Assembly: GCA_030153785.1 (NCBI GenBank)
Contig: JASKLF010000007.1
Coordinates: forward strand, 1 to 64,000
Length of the DNA: 64,000 bases
From: a bacterium
GTDB lineage: Bacteria; Synergistota; GBS-1
Direction: 5' to 3'
Shown: positions 1 to 9,955 of the stretch, piece by piece
Layout: each line of letters starts with the position of its first letter
Position numbering within the stretch: the stretch's first letter is position 1
The notes under the pieces: model-generated
What the model saw: only the letters and a program-made list of their open reading frames with translations
Told to the model about the DNA's origin: nothing
Databases searched by the model: none
Program-made: the position numbers and the translations under genes

Positions 1-97
1 AAAGGGATGTCTCAGATAAAAGGTAGGCCGTTAGACCCACACCTAAAATTGAAACCACAACTCCCCATAAAATCAGCTTCGCCTTTAAGCTCTTCAA
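1..97 (-). CDS. 5' part of a membrane-anchored protein, possibly LptC-like; runs off the window edge
   Basis: TTG at 97 after a GGAGGGGAGGAG SD. Reads MKSLKAKLILWGVVVSILGVGLTAYLLSETSL (basic N-terminus plus TM helix) with no stop. The position downstream of kdsA suggests lptC (inference only). Confidence 0.5.
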   Translation of the reverse strand, partial: MKSLKAKLILWGVVVSILGVGLTAYLLSETSL

Positions 98-148
98 GCT
101 CCTCCCCTCCCTTTCAAGATAAAAGAGGCTTTAAACCATTATAACAAA

Positions 149-970
149 CTAAAAGCCCTTGACCAAGGTATCTAATTCCTTAAGCTGCTTAAGAAGGTTT
201 CCCAACTCCTTTAAAGGAATCATGTTCGGACCATCCGAAAGGGCCTTATCAGGATTTGGATGAACCTCCATAAATACGGCATCGACGCCAACGGCAACAG
301 CAGCCCTTGCAAGATATGGAACGAACCTCCTGTCCCCTCCTGATGCCCCCTTAAGCCCACCCGGAAGCTGAACGCTATGAGTGGCATCAAAGACTACAGG
401 ATATCCTGTCTCCTTCATTATGGGAAGGGACCTAAAGTCCACCACAAGATTGTTATATCCGAAGCTGGTCCCCCTCTCCGTAAGGAGGATTTGATAGTTA
501 CCTACGGACTCTATTTTCTCCACGATGTACTTAACATCATAAGGAGATAAAAACTGCCCCTTTTTTACATTAACAGGTTTCCCTGTCCGAGCTACCGCCA
601 AAACGAGGTCCGTTTGTCTGCATAAAAATGCGGGGATTTGCAATATATCTAAAACCTCAGCCGCCAAAGGTGCCTCCTCTGGAAGGTGAACATCGGAAAG
701 AACAGGGAGCCCTAACTTCTCCTTTAAACGCGATAATATTTCAAGACCCCGTTCAATGCCCGGACCTCTAAAGGAGCTTATGGAAGTCCTGTTAGCCTTA
801 TCATAAGAGGATTTAAATATATAAGGTATGCCAAGCCCCTCACAAAGCTCCTTAAGATAAGAAGCGGTTTCAAAAACCAATTCCTCCGACTCTATAACGC
901 ATGGTCCCGCTATAAGAACAAAGGGATTACCTCCGCCTATTTTAATATCTCCCACGTTAACAATTTTCAA
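149..970 (-). CDS. kdsA: 3-deoxy-D-manno-octulosonate 8-phosphate (KDO8P) synthase
   Basis: Motifs [53 protein letters not shown]. Confidence 0.97.
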   Translation of the reverse strand: MKIVNVGDIKIGGGNPFVLIAGPCVIESEELVFETASYLKELCEGLGIPYIFKSSYDKANRTSISSFRGPGIERGLEILSRLKEKLGLPVLSDVHLPEEAPLAAEVLDILQIPAFLCRQTDLVLAVARTGKPVNVKKGQFLSPYDVKYIVEKIESVGNYQILLTERGTSFGYNNLVVDFRSLPIMKETGYPVVFDATHSVQLPGGLKGASGGDRRFVPYLARAAVAVGVDAVFMEVHPNPDKALSDGPNMIPLKELGNLLKQLKELDTLVKGF

Positions 971-1081
971 GAGAATATCACCCCTTTACTTAAACTCTAT
1001 ATAAGCTTATCCTATGCAAGCAACCTTAGTCAAGTTAAAAGTAGTATAATGTTATTAGGATCTCGGAAAGGAGAGAAAAGC

Positions 1082-1843
1082 ATGAAAGTAGAAATCCTAA
1101 AAAGCATCCCCATTCCCGTAGCAAAGGGGGAATGGGATTGGACACAAGTAAAGAATAAGAAAATAAGGGAGAACGGAGAGAAGCTGGTTCCCCTGAGCTT
1201 ATTCCCGGAAAGGATCTTAGTCAGACCACAGTATTTTATTCAAGGAATAGATGGAGCCTTACCAGAATGCTATGCCCGTGAGGAAGTTTACAGGAAACTA
1301 ATAGAAGCAAGTAAACTTCTCCCCCAAGGATACAAGTTTGTAATCTTCGATGCCTGGAGGCCAATCAAAGTTCAATATTCCCTGTTTGATACTCTCAAAA
1401 AGAAATTTAAAAAGCAAAATCCAAACCTGCCTGAAGAAGAGCTCAACCAGATGACCTTAAGATTTGTGGCACTACCCTCAACGGACCCCCAGAAGCCTTC
1501 ACCTCACAACACCGGTGGAGCCGTCGACCTAACTATAGCAGATGAAACGGGAAACCTCCTATACATGGGAACCGATTATGATGATCCTACCGAAAAGTCG
1601 AAAACCAGCTATTTTGAGGAGCTTCTCCTCGAGGGAGCAAGGTTAAGCGAAAAAGAAGTTGAAGCAATGCAAAACAGAAGGTTGCTTTACCATGTAATGA
1701 CCAGCGTAGGTTTCACTAACTACATAGACGAGTGGTGGCACTTCGATTATGGGAATCAAAACTGGGCATGGATAAAGAACGAGGAGTATGCCCTATATGG
1801 TCCCATCTCTCCAAACTTTCCATGGAGAGATGATATAAGGTAA
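1082..1843 (+). CDS. D-alanyl-D-alanine dipeptidase (peptidase M15D, VanX/DdpX family)
   Basis: Motifs FDAWRP, SPHNTGGAVDLT, EWWHFDYG. Start refined to ATG 1082 behind an AAGGAG SD. Confidence 0.88.
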   Translation: MKVEILKSIPIPVAKGEWDWTQVKNKKIRENGEKLVPLSLFPERILVRPQYFIQGIDGALPECYAREEVYRKLIEASKLLPQGYKFVIFDAWRPIKVQYSLFDTLKKKFKKQNPNLPEEELNQMTLRFVALPSTDPQKPSPHNTGGAVDLTIADETGNLLYMGTDYDDPTEKSKTSYFEELLLEGARLSEKEVEAMQNRRLLYHVMTSVGFTNYIDEWWHFDYGNQNWAWIKNEEYALYGPISPNFPWRDDIR

Positions 1844-1869
1844 AACAGCAAATTTTAGGAGGTGGCAAC

Positions 1870-2343
1870 ATGAGCGAAAGAAGAGGCTTAGAAATAGGGG
1901 TTGTAGCTCCGGATTTTTCACTCAAGGATCAAGACAGAAACGATTTTAAGCTATCGGATTATAGAGGAAAAAAGATTTTACTTTCCTTTCATCCATTAGC
2001 ATGGACCTCTATATGCTCAAAGCAGATGGAGTCCTTAGAGAAAAACTATAAAAGATTCGAAGAGCTAAATACCATTCCCGTAGGTATAAGCGTAGACCCA
2101 ATTCCATCTAAAAAAGCCTGGGCTGATAATCTGGGGCTGAAAAAGCTAAAAATACTCTCAGACTTTTGGCCTCACGGAGATGTGGCTCAAAAATTCAATA
2201 TCTTTAGAGATAGCGATGGTTTCTCCGAAAGAGCCAATATAATAATCGATGAAGAGGGCAAAATCCTCTTCTGCAAAATATACCCAATAAAGGAAGTCCC
2301 CGATGTAGAAGAGATAACAGAATTCCTTAAAAAACACGCCTAA
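1870..2343 (+). CDS. Peroxiredoxin (AhpC/TSA family, AhpE-like)
   Basis: APDFSL, PxxxTxxC (PLAWTSIC), LSDFWPHG, catalytic Arg in SERAN. Confidence 0.9.
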   Translation: MSERRGLEIGVVAPDFSLKDQDRNDFKLSDYRGKKILLSFHPLAWTSICSKQMESLEKNYKRFEELNTIPVGISVDPIPSKKAWADNLGLKKLKILSDFWPHGDVAQKFNIFRDSDGFSERANIIIDEEGKILFCKIYPIKEVPDVEEITEFLKKHA

Positions 2344-2369
2344 CATAATCCTCGAAAGGAGGGGGAAAA

Positions 2370-3395
2370 ATGACCATAAAAATGAAAAGGCTTGGTAGAA
2401 CGGACATCGAGGTTTTTCCAATTGCCTTCGGCGGAATTCCAATTCAAAGGATAAGTGAAGAAGAAGCAATAAAGGTGGTAAGAAGAGCCATAGAACTCGG
2501 GATTAACCTGATAGACACGGCAAGAGCCTATTCGGACAGCGAAGTGAAGATTGGAAAAGCGCTAAAAGGCATAGACAAAAAAGTCTTCCTTTCTTCCAAA
2601 TCCTTTGGGAGAACGAAAGACGAGATTTATGCCGATGTAAAGGCGAGTTTAAAAAACCTGGGCGTAAAGAAAATAGATATATATCATATGCACGCAGTGA
2701 ATGACAAAGAAACCTTAAACAAGGTTATGTCACCCGACGGAGCCTACTACGGTCTTCTAAAGGCAAAAGAGGAGGGGCTTATAGATTTTATAGCCGTCTC
2801 AACTCATAATGTAGATATAGCTCAAGAGCTGATAAAGACCGATAAGTTTGATGTAATACAAGTTTGCTATAACTTCATAGAAACGGAGGCGGAAGAGAAG
2901 GTATTTCCATTAGCAAAAGAGAAAGACGTAGGAATAATCGCAATGAAACCCATGGGGGGAGGAGTGGTTCCAAATCCCACCTTGTCCTTAAAGTTCGTTC
3001 TTCAGAACGATTACATCGTCCCCGACCCTGGGATGGAGAGCATAAAAGAGGTGGAAGAAAACGTAAGGCTTGTCCATGAAATATCCCCCTTAACGAAAGA
3101 AGAACTGCAAGAAATAGAGAGAATCAAAAATGAAATGGGCCAAGCCTTTTGCAGAAGGTGCGATTATTGCCAACCATGCCCTCAAGGCATAGCTATATCC
3201 ACAATTATAAGGGCAGATTCCTTTATAAAAAGATTCCCCAAAGAATATCTTAAAGAAAAATGGTTCTACGAGCAATATCTCAAGGCCAAAACATGCACAA
3301 AATGTGGGGTATGCGCCACAAGATGCCCTTATAACCTTCCCATCCCAGATCTTATAGAAAAAAACGTAAGACTATTAGAAGAATACCTCGCTTAA
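2370..3395 (+). CDS. Aldo/keto reductase with C-terminal 4Fe-4S dicluster domain
   Basis: GINLIDTARAY, AMKPMGGG, CRRCDYCQPCP and CTKCGVCATRCP. Confidence 0.9.
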   Translation: MTIKMKRLGRTDIEVFPIAFGGIPIQRISEEEAIKVVRRAIELGINLIDTARAYSDSEVKIGKALKGIDKKVFLSSKSFGRTKDEIYADVKASLKNLGVKKIDIYHMHAVNDKETLNKVMSPDGAYYGLLKAKEEGLIDFIAVSTHNVDIAQELIKTDKFDVIQVCYNFIETEAEEKVFPLAKEKDVGIIAMKPMGGGVVPNPTLSLKFVLQNDYIVPDPGMESIKEVEENVRLVHEISPLTKEELQEIERIKNEMGQAFCRRCDYCQPCPQGIAISTIIRADSFIKRFPKEYLKEKWFYEQYLKAKTCTKCGVCATRCPYNLPIPDLIEKNVRLLEEYLA

Positions 3396-3410
3396 ACCGA
3401 GGTTATATTC

Positions 3411-3452
3411 GAGGAGGGAAAAGGAAAAATCCTTTTCCCTCCTCTTTTTTTT
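3411..3452 (+). terminator. Rho-independent terminator
   Basis: GAGGAGGGAAAAGGA-AAAA-TCCTTTTCCCTCCTC, a 15 bp stem followed by T8. Confidence 0.9.
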
Positions 3453-3530
3453 ACCCTCTTAAAGCGAAAATTTGTATAAAAATATAAATTAACAATTTGA
3501 TTTCTGATAGCTTTCCTTAAAACTATAATC

Positions 3531-3559
3531 TTGACACAAGACTTAATTAGCTATATTAT
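3531..3559 (+). promoter_or_regulatory. sigma70-type promoter of the TTT operon
   Basis: TTGACA-17 bp-TATTAT. Confidence 0.8.
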
Positions 3560-3565
3560 ATTAAT

Positions 3566-3613
3566 TGGTTAGTCCAGTATACCAGATTGTGAAACGAAAG
3601 ATGGTAAAACCAT
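3566..3613. promoter_or_regulatory. Putative GntR/FadR-type operator sites
   Basis: TGGTTAGTCCA and CAGTATACCA just after the -10, plus the palindrome ATGGTAAAACCAT (3601-3613). These match the TGGT-N3-ACCA pattern of FadR-subfamily sites. Confidence 0.5.
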
Positions 3614-3637
3614 TCTTGAAGAAAGGAGGGAGGACAT

Positions 3638-4606
3638 ATGAGAAAGATAGGTTTAGTTATTGCGGTCTTAGCCATAAGTCTTCTAATAACCGGAATAGCG
3701 ACGGCAGTTGACTATCCAACAAAACCGGTCACGATAATAGTACCTTGGTCGGCTGGAGGAGCAACCGATACCCTCTTTAGAGCCATAGCAGCTGTTTTCC
3801 CAAAATATTCTGGCGGACAGCCCTTGGTTGTAGCTAACCTCCCTGGCGGAGGAGCCGTTCCAGGAACAATGGAATTTTTAAGAGCAAAGCCGGATGGCTA
3901 TACAGCAATATCCTTTGCCGCTCCGATACTTATTAAAACCCACATGGATGTCGTTCAATTTGATGCCAACTCCTTTGAGCCCGTTGCCCTTGTAGTCCAT
4001 GATCCCTGTTACATTCTCGTTAGAAAAGATGCTCCCTGGAAAGACCTAAAAGATTATGTAGAATATGCCAAGCAAAACCCAGGGAAAATAACCATAGGAA
4101 ATGGTGGCGCTGGAGGAGGAACCCACCTTGCTGCATTAGCCTTCGAAAGCTTTGCAAAGATAAAGCTCACCCATGTCCCCTTTGAAGGAGGAGCTCCCGC
4201 AGTTGCAGCCCTTGTAGGAGGCCACATCGATTCTTATATGGGGGCAGCACCTGAAGGACTTTCCAATGTTGATGCTGGCCAACTTAGAATATTAGGAGTC
4301 TTTGGCACAAAGAGGCTTGATAAATATCCCGATGTTCCCACAGCAAAGGAGCAAGGTTTTGACTTTCAATTCGGCATGTGGAGAGGAGTGGCCCTCCAAA
4401 AGGGAACACCTAAGGAAATCGTAGAAAAGCTTCACGATATCATAGCCAAATGCATCCACGATCCCGAGTTTCAAAAGAAAGCGAAAGAGATGTCGCTCAC
4501 CATAGATTACAAGAACCCAAGTGAATTCGCAAAACTTATACAGGATTATGATAAATATTACGAGAATCTAATCAAAACTAACAAGTTAGGAAAGAAATAC
4601 AAGTAG
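3638..4606 (+). CDS. tctC: Tripartite tricarboxylate transporter substrate-binding protein (Bug/TctC)
   Basis: Signal peptide, YPTKPVTIIVPWSAGGATD, N-x-PGGGA, PDVPTAKEQG. Confidence 0.93.
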   Translation: MRKIGLVIAVLAISLLITGIATAVDYPTKPVTIIVPWSAGGATDTLFRAIAAVFPKYSGGQPLVVANLPGGGAVPGTMEFLRAKPDGYTAISFAAPILIKTHMDVVQFDANSFEPVALVVHDPCYILVRKDAPWKDLKDYVEYAKQNPGKITIGNGGAGGGTHLAALAFESFAKIKLTHVPFEGGAPAVAALVGGHIDSYMGAAPEGLSNVDAGQLRILGVFGTKRLDKYPDVPTAKEQGFDFQFGMWRGVALQKGTPKEIVEKLHDIIAKCIHDPEFQKKAKEMSLTIDYKNPSEFAKLIQDYDKYYENLIKTNKLGKKYK

Positions 4607-4612
4607 TTTCAG

Positions 4613-4643
4613 AGTCCCCCCTATCTTTCGGGTAGGGGGGACT
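4613..4643 (+). terminator. Intercistronic stem-loop after the SBP gene (mRNA stabiliser or partial terminator)
   Basis: AGTCCCCCCTATC...GGTAGGGGGGACT stem with no real U-tract. Confidence 0.6.
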
Positions 4644-4660
4644 AACTTTGGGAGGATCGT

Positions 4661-5116
4661 TTGGTGAGAAGCAGGTTCAATATAAGCATGGCAATTGATA
4701 TAGGAATCATTTGTTTTGGAGCTTTAATATTAATAACCACGCTGGAGATGGAAACATCTCCTTTAGGAATAGGTCCAGGGGACTATCCGAGAATTTTAAG
4801 TGTAGGATTAATAGCATGTGGATGTCTTCTTCTCCTCAAAGATATCCTTCATCCGGCTCCAGCTAAAGAGTCTTACTCTTGGGAATCATTAAAAAGAATT
4901 CTTACGCTAACCCTATTGAGCCTTCTTTATGTCTATTTAGTATCTTACATAGGTTTCCTATATCTAACCCCTCTGCTAATGTGGTTCACCATGCGTCTTT
5001 TTGGCTTCAAGAAAACCATAAGTGGGATTTTAATAAGCATCGCAGTAACCGCAACTACCTACTATATATTCCACGATATCTTTAAAGTTTCCTTGCCGTC
5101 TCCTTCCCTATTCTAA
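4661..5116 (+). CDS. tctB: TTT small membrane subunit TctB
   Basis: About 4 TM helices, GPGDYPR motif, C-terminal F-x-V-x-LP; lies between tctC and tctA. Confidence 0.88.
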   Translation: MVRSRFNISMAIDIGIICFGALILITTLEMETSPLGIGPGDYPRILSVGLIACGCLLLLKDILHPAPAKESYSWESLKRILTLTLLSLLYVYLVSYIGFLYLTPLLMWFTMRLFGFKKTISGILISIAVTATTYYIFHDIFKVSLPSPSLF

Positions 5117-5132
5117 AACGGGAGGGTTTTTA

Positions 5133-6608
5133 ATGATAGAGTATTGGCTTGAGGGGATAAAAATAGCCATTGATCCCCAAAATCTGCTCCTCATGCTCAT
5201 AGGAACCGTAGGAGGTATAATCGTTGGAGGATTGCCCGGAATAACTTCATCGATGGGCGTTATCCTCCTTCTCCCTTTCACCTTTTACTTGGATCCCAAG
5301 TCTGCCCTTTTAATGCTTGCTGGGATGTATTCAGGATCAATGTTTGGAGGTTCTATATCGGCTATCCTCTTGGGTGTTCCCGGAACCCCATCTGCTGCGG
5401 CCACGTTACTTGATGGATACCCGCTGGCTCAAAAGGGAAAGGCGGGAAAAGCCATATTAACCGCTTTAATAGCTTCCACAACTGGAGGAATACTGAGTGG
5501 AATAACCTTGGCATTATTAGCTCCTCAGCTTGCCGCTTTTGCTCTTAAGTTTTCTCCAGCAGATTACTTCTCCCTATCCATATTTGGACTTACTATCATT
5601 GCCAGCGTATCAGGAAGAAACATTCTTAAAGGCCTGGTTTCTGGGCTTTTCGGTCTATTTCTTGCCACGGTGGGTATAGAAAATATCAGAGGCTCTGAAA
5701 GGTTTACCCTCGGTATCCCCGCTTTAACAGCGGGCTTTGAACTGCTACCGGTCCTTATAGGAATCTTTGCCATGTCTGAGATACTGCTTAACCTTGAGGA
5801 AAGGGGGAAAGAAGAAAAAGTTCAACACAAAATTTCTGAAGTATTTTTGTCAAGGGAAGAACTCAGGGCAATAATTATACCAATTCTTGTCGGCGCAGTG
5901 ATAGGAATATTAATCGGTGTAATACCGGGCACAGGAGGAACTATAGCAACATTCTTAGCCTATAATCAGCTTCGAAGCTGGTCAAAGAACAAGGAAAAGT
6001 TTGGAACAGGAATATTAGAAGGCGTCGCAGTAGTAGAATGCACGAACAACGCAGTTACGGGAGGTGCATTAGTTCCCGCCCTTGCTTTAGGAATCCCTGG
6101 AGATGTGGTTACAGCAGTTATGCTTGGAGCAATGGTCTTAATAGGGATAAAGCCTGGACCGCTCCTCTTTCAAACAAGTCCCGAATTAGTTTACTCCTTT
6201 TTTGCAGGCTGGTTCGTAATTCAGTTTATTATGTTACTCACGGGTTTCGTATCCACATTTTTAGCATCATTCATATTAAGAGTTCCTAAAAACATCCTGA
6301 TGCCGATAATACTTGTTTTCGCCATAATAGGATCGTTTGCCATAAGAAACAGCCTTTACGATGTGGGAGTCGCCGTGACCTTCGGACTTATAGGTTACTT
6401 TATGACAAAACAAGATTTCCCCAAAACTCCCTTAATAATCGGCCTGATATTGGGCCCTATGGCTGAGCAAAACCTGAACAGAGCCCTAATCCTTTCTCGA
6501 AACGACTGGAGCATTTTTATAAAAAGCCCCATCTCATTAACGCTGTTGATATCATCGTGCCTGTCAATTCTATTTGCAGTTATTTCCCTTAGAAGACTTA
6601 AAGAATAG
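5133..6608 (+). CDS. tctA: TTT large membrane subunit TctA
   Basis: GGLPG, GGSISAILLGVPGTPSAAATLLDGYPLA, ALGIPGD. Confidence 0.95.
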   Translation: MIEYWLEGIKIAIDPQNLLLMLIGTVGGIIVGGLPGITSSMGVILLLPFTFYLDPKSALLMLAGMYSGSMFGGSISAILLGVPGTPSAAATLLDGYPLAQKGKAGKAILTALIASTTGGILSGITLALLAPQLAAFALKFSPADYFSLSIFGLTIIASVSGRNILKGLVSGLFGLFLATVGIENIRGSERFTLGIPALTAGFELLPVLIGIFAMSEILLNLEERGKEEKVQHKISEVFLSREELRAIIIPILVGAVIGILIGVIPGTGGTIATFLAYNQLRSWSKNKEKFGTGILEGVAVVECTNNAVTGGALVPALALGIPGDVVTAVMLGAMVLIGIKPGPLLFQTSPELVYSFFAGWFVIQFIMLLTGFVSTFLASFILRVPKNILMPIILVFAIIGSFAIRNSLYDVGVAVTFGLIGYFMTKQDFPKTPLIIGLILGPMAEQNLNRALILSRNDWSIFIKSPISLTLLISSCLSILFAVISLRRLKE

Positions 6609-6619
6609 GGGGGAAGAAA

Positions 6620-7726
6620 ATGGACAGGAAAGAGGAGGTCAAAATCAAATTAGATAGAGTGAGAAAGTTTCTGAGCGATAATAATCTCTCCGCAATGCTG
6701 ATTAAAAAGCAGCCGAACTTTTCGTGGATAACTGCGGGAGGGGTCAACTTTGTGGGAATGACCACAGAAATGGGAGTGACATCTGTGTTGGTAACGCAAA
6801 AAGATGTTTTCGTCATAGCTAACAAAATAGAATCAAGAAGAATGAGAGAAGAGGAAGTGGGAGAAATTGGCTTTGAAGTGCTGGATTACGAATGGTATGA
6901 AAACAAAGAAATGGAAATAGCTAAAAAGGTAGCAGGTAACGGAGATATAGGATGCGATGTTCCACTTCCAGGAGCGCAATTTGTAGATGATAGGTTCAAA
7001 AGGCTAAGATACGAACTGACCGAGGGAGAGATAGAAAGATATAAATATTTAGGAGAAAAGCTTTCAAGGATAGTAGAAGAAACGTTGATGTATGAAGTAA
7101 AACCTGGCCAAACGGAGATAGAGTTAGCGGGGAAAGTATCTGCAAAGCTATGGAAGGAAGGTATAGAGCCCACTGCCTTCATGATATCCTCGGACGAAAG
7201 GGTTAGGAATTACAGACATCCCATATCGAAAGATAAAAGGATTGAAAGACTCCTTATGGCGTCTGTAAACGCCCGATACAAGGGTTTGTATACTACGATT
7301 ACAAGAATGGTTTATTTCGGAAAACCTCCCGATTCTCTTAAAAAACAATACCAAGACAACGTTGAAATTGAATGCATAATGATAGCAAAAACAAAAATAG
7401 GGGAAGAAATGAGGGTTCCGGTTCTTGCCGCAATAGAAGAATACGAGAAACGCGGATATAAAGATGAGTGGAAACTTCACCATCAGGGTGGCTCTATGGG
7501 ATACTACCCAAGAGATATAAGGGTAACTCCATCCACCACAGAAAAAATACTTAAAAATCAGGCTTTCTGCTGGAACCCATCTATTTCAGGAACAAAATCT
7601 GAAGACGGCTTCATAGTAAATGAGGAAACCCCAATAATGATAACCAAACCCCTGATCTTCCCCACGCTGAAGATAGAAATAGAGGGATTAAAATTCACCA
7701 AACCTGACATGCTAATCATTGATTAA
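6620..7726 (+). CDS. M24 (pita-bread fold) hydrolase with atypical active-site ligands
   Basis: Creatinase/prolidase architecture with YRHP, ITRMVYFG, HHQGG, WNPS and KSED. Confidence 0.8.
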   Translation: MDRKEEVKIKLDRVRKFLSDNNLSAMLIKKQPNFSWITAGGVNFVGMTTEMGVTSVLVTQKDVFVIANKIESRRMREEEVGEIGFEVLDYEWYENKEMEIAKKVAGNGDIGCDVPLPGAQFVDDRFKRLRYELTEGEIERYKYLGEKLSRIVEETLMYEVKPGQTEIELAGKVSAKLWKEGIEPTAFMISSDERVRNYRHPISKDKRIERLLMASVNARYKGLYTTITRMVYFGKPPDSLKKQYQDNVEIECIMIAKTKIGEEMRVPVLAAIEEYEKRGYKDEWKLHHQGGSMGYYPRDIRVTPSTTEKILKNQAFCWNPSISGTKSEDGFIVNEETPIMITKPLIFPTLKIEIEGLKFTKPDMLIID

Positions 7727-7741
7727 AGGGAGGGATTTCCT

Positions 7742-8923
7742 ATGGAAAAAGTGAGAATCGGAATGGTAGGAGCGGGCTTCATAGCACGAATCCACATGGC
7801 GGGTTATAAAGAAATAGAACCCTTTGCTCAGGTCATCGGCGTTTGCTCGAGAAGAAAAGAAAATGCAGAGAGATTTGCGAAAGAGTTTAGCATTCCCAAA
7901 GTATTTAACAATTTCGAGGAGCTTTGTGAATCTCCAGACATAGATATCGTAGATGTATGCACACCAACAAACCTTCACGATGATGTAATAATATGCGCAG
8001 CAGACAACAAAAAACATGTAATGTGTGAAAAACCTTTAACAGGCTATTTTGGAGAAGACACCGACAAAGAACTTGTTGGGATAGAGATACCCAAAAGCCA
8101 CATGTATAAAAAAGTTTTAGATAAGATTGAAAGAATAGAGAAAAAAATAAAGGAGACCGGGGTTAAGTTCATGTACGGAGAAAACCTCGTTTACGCTCCC
8201 TCCGTCGAAAAGATGAAGAGAATGATAAGGGCATCTGCATCCCCCATCTTAGAAATCCGTGCCGAATGTAGTCATTCTGGTTCCATAGCTTCTTACGCAA
8301 AGCTTTGGAGAACCTCAGGAGGGGGAAGCTTGATGAGGCTTGGTTCTCACCCCGTGGCGGTTGTTTTACATCTCAAACATTTTGAAGGTCTACAAAGAAA
8401 CGGCAAACCTATTAAAGCAAAAGCTGTATGGGGAGAGATAAGCAATTTAACGAAAACAAAAGAATTCCTGAAACAGGAAAAACACTATGTAGCCACAGCA
8501 TGGCAAGACGTGGAAGACTGGTCAATCCTTGTAATAGACTTTGAAGACGGCACAAAAGGAGTGATTTTCTCAAACGATGTAAGCTTAGGAGGACTAAAGA
8601 ACTGGGTTCAGGTCAATCTATCAAGCGGGATGATATATGCGAATATAAATCCCAATAACATGATGATAGCCTATGCCCCCAACGTCGACATATGGAAAGA
8701 TGAATACATAGCTGAAAAGATTGAAACAAAGGCTGGCTGGAACTTCCCATCACCAGACGACTTTTGGACACGAGGCTTTCCACAGGAGCTGAAAGATTTC
8801 GTTCTTGCCGTTAAAGAAGATAGAGATCCCGTTTCGGACTTTGAACTTGCAAAGGAAACAGCAAAGGTTATATATGCAGGATATTACTCAAGTGAGGAGG
8901 GGAAAAAGATAGACATATCCTAA
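7742..8923 (+). CDS. Gfo/Idh/MocA family oxidoreductase
   Basis: GMVGAGFIA, DVCTPTNLH, CEKP, SGGGSL. Confidence 0.92.
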   Translation: MEKVRIGMVGAGFIARIHMAGYKEIEPFAQVIGVCSRRKENAERFAKEFSIPKVFNNFEELCESPDIDIVDVCTPTNLHDDVIICAADNKKHVMCEKPLTGYFGEDTDKELVGIEIPKSHMYKKVLDKIERIEKKIKETGVKFMYGENLVYAPSVEKMKRMIRASASPILEIRAECSHSGSIASYAKLWRTSGGGSLMRLGSHPVAVVLHLKHFEGLQRNGKPIKAKAVWGEISNLTKTKEFLKQEKHYVATAWQDVEDWSILVIDFEDGTKGVIFSNDVSLGGLKNWVQVNLSSGMIYANINPNNMMIAYAPNVDIWKDEYIAEKIETKAGWNFPSPDDFWTRGFPQELKDFVLAVKEDRDPVSDFELAKETAKVIYAGYYSSEEGKKIDIS

Positions 8924-8941
8924 TAGAAGGAGGGGGGCAAG

Positions 8942-9913
8942 ATGAAAAAGTATGTGGTCATAGTCTCTCTCTTGTTGGTTATCGGATTTTCCGCCCTTGC
9001 ATATGCCCAGGTAACGATAAAGGCAGCTACACCTTTCCCGAAGGGTCACATAATTACCGAAGCCATGGAAAACTTCAAAGCTATTATCGAAGAGAATACA
9101 AAGGGTAAAATCAAAATAGAGCTTGAAATTCAGAAAGACTCAGAAGAAGGAGTAAATGACAAATGCTCTAAGGGAGAAGTCGATATGCAGTTCACGGGGG
9201 GAAGAGCCTTAGAGGTATTCGCACCTCAGTACTTTTTCATGAACGCACCGTTCGTATTAAAGGATCACGAACACTTTTACAGAATAATGAAAGGGCCGAT
9301 AGGAGAAAAGGCTAAGGCTCAAATCTTGGAAAAAGGCAACATGTATACCCTTGGCTATCTCTATAGAGGTTACAGACAAATGACATCAAACAAGCCAATC
9401 TTAGACCTAAAGGATATAGAAGGGTTAAAGCTAAGGTTGCCTGTAGTTCCTACATGGATAAAGGTTTGGGAAGCTCTCGGTGCAAAACCTGTCCCAGTCC
9501 CGCTACCCGGATTGTACAACGCCCTGAAGGAAGGAACCGCTGAGGCATCCGAAGGAGACCTCACACAGATATCAGGATATAAACTTTACGAAGTCCAAAA
9601 ATACCTGACAATAACCAATCACCTCGTATCCTTCGGCTGGGTCCATATGTATAAGCCCACATTCGATAAGCTTTCCCCAGAGGAACAGAAATTAATCAGC
9701 GAAACGGCAGAAAAAGTCTGTATGACCGCCACCGAAAAGCTCCTCGCCAATGAAAATGAAATACTAAAAGACCTGCTCAAAAAGGGAATGACAACCGTAT
9801 ACTTAGATGAAAAGACCATGACGAAAATAAGGGAGAAGGCAAAACCCGCCGTTGAAGAGCTTTTCAAAACTACATGGCCAGTCACCACATGGGAGGAAGT
9901 ATTAAAGCAGTAA
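8942..9913 (+). CDS. dctP: TRAP transporter substrate-binding protein (DctP family), with no dctQM nearby
   Basis: Signal peptide, GYRQMTSNKPI, GLKLRLP, ALGAKPVP, LYEVQKY. Confidence 0.88.
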   Translation: MKKYVVIVSLLLVIGFSALAYAQVTIKAATPFPKGHIITEAMENFKAIIEENTKGKIKIELEIQKDSEEGVNDKCSKGEVDMQFTGGRALEVFAPQYFFMNAPFVLKDHEHFYRIMKGPIGEKAKAQILEKGNMYTLGYLYRGYRQMTSNKPILDLKDIEGLKLRLPVVPTWIKVWEALGAKPVPVPLPGLYNALKEGTAEASEGDLTQISGYKLYEVQKYLTITNHLVSFGWVHMYKPTFDKLSPEEQKLISETAEKVCMTATEKLLANENEILKDLLKKGMTTVYLDEKTMTKIREKAKPAVEELFKTTWPVTTWEEVLKQ

Positions 9914-9914
9914 A

Positions 9915-9942
9915 GAAAAAGGGGGGGATTTCATCCCCCCCT
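9915..9942. terminator. Terminator between convergent genes
   Basis: GGGGGGGAT-TTC-ATCCCCCCC stem; U-tract on the minus strand. Confidence 0.8.
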
Positions 9943-9955
9943 AAACTCTATCCCC

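Noticed and set aside
1082..1843. Vancomycin resistance (vanX) locus
   Set aside because: No vanH, vanA, vanR or vanS nearby; more likely peptidoglycan recycling.
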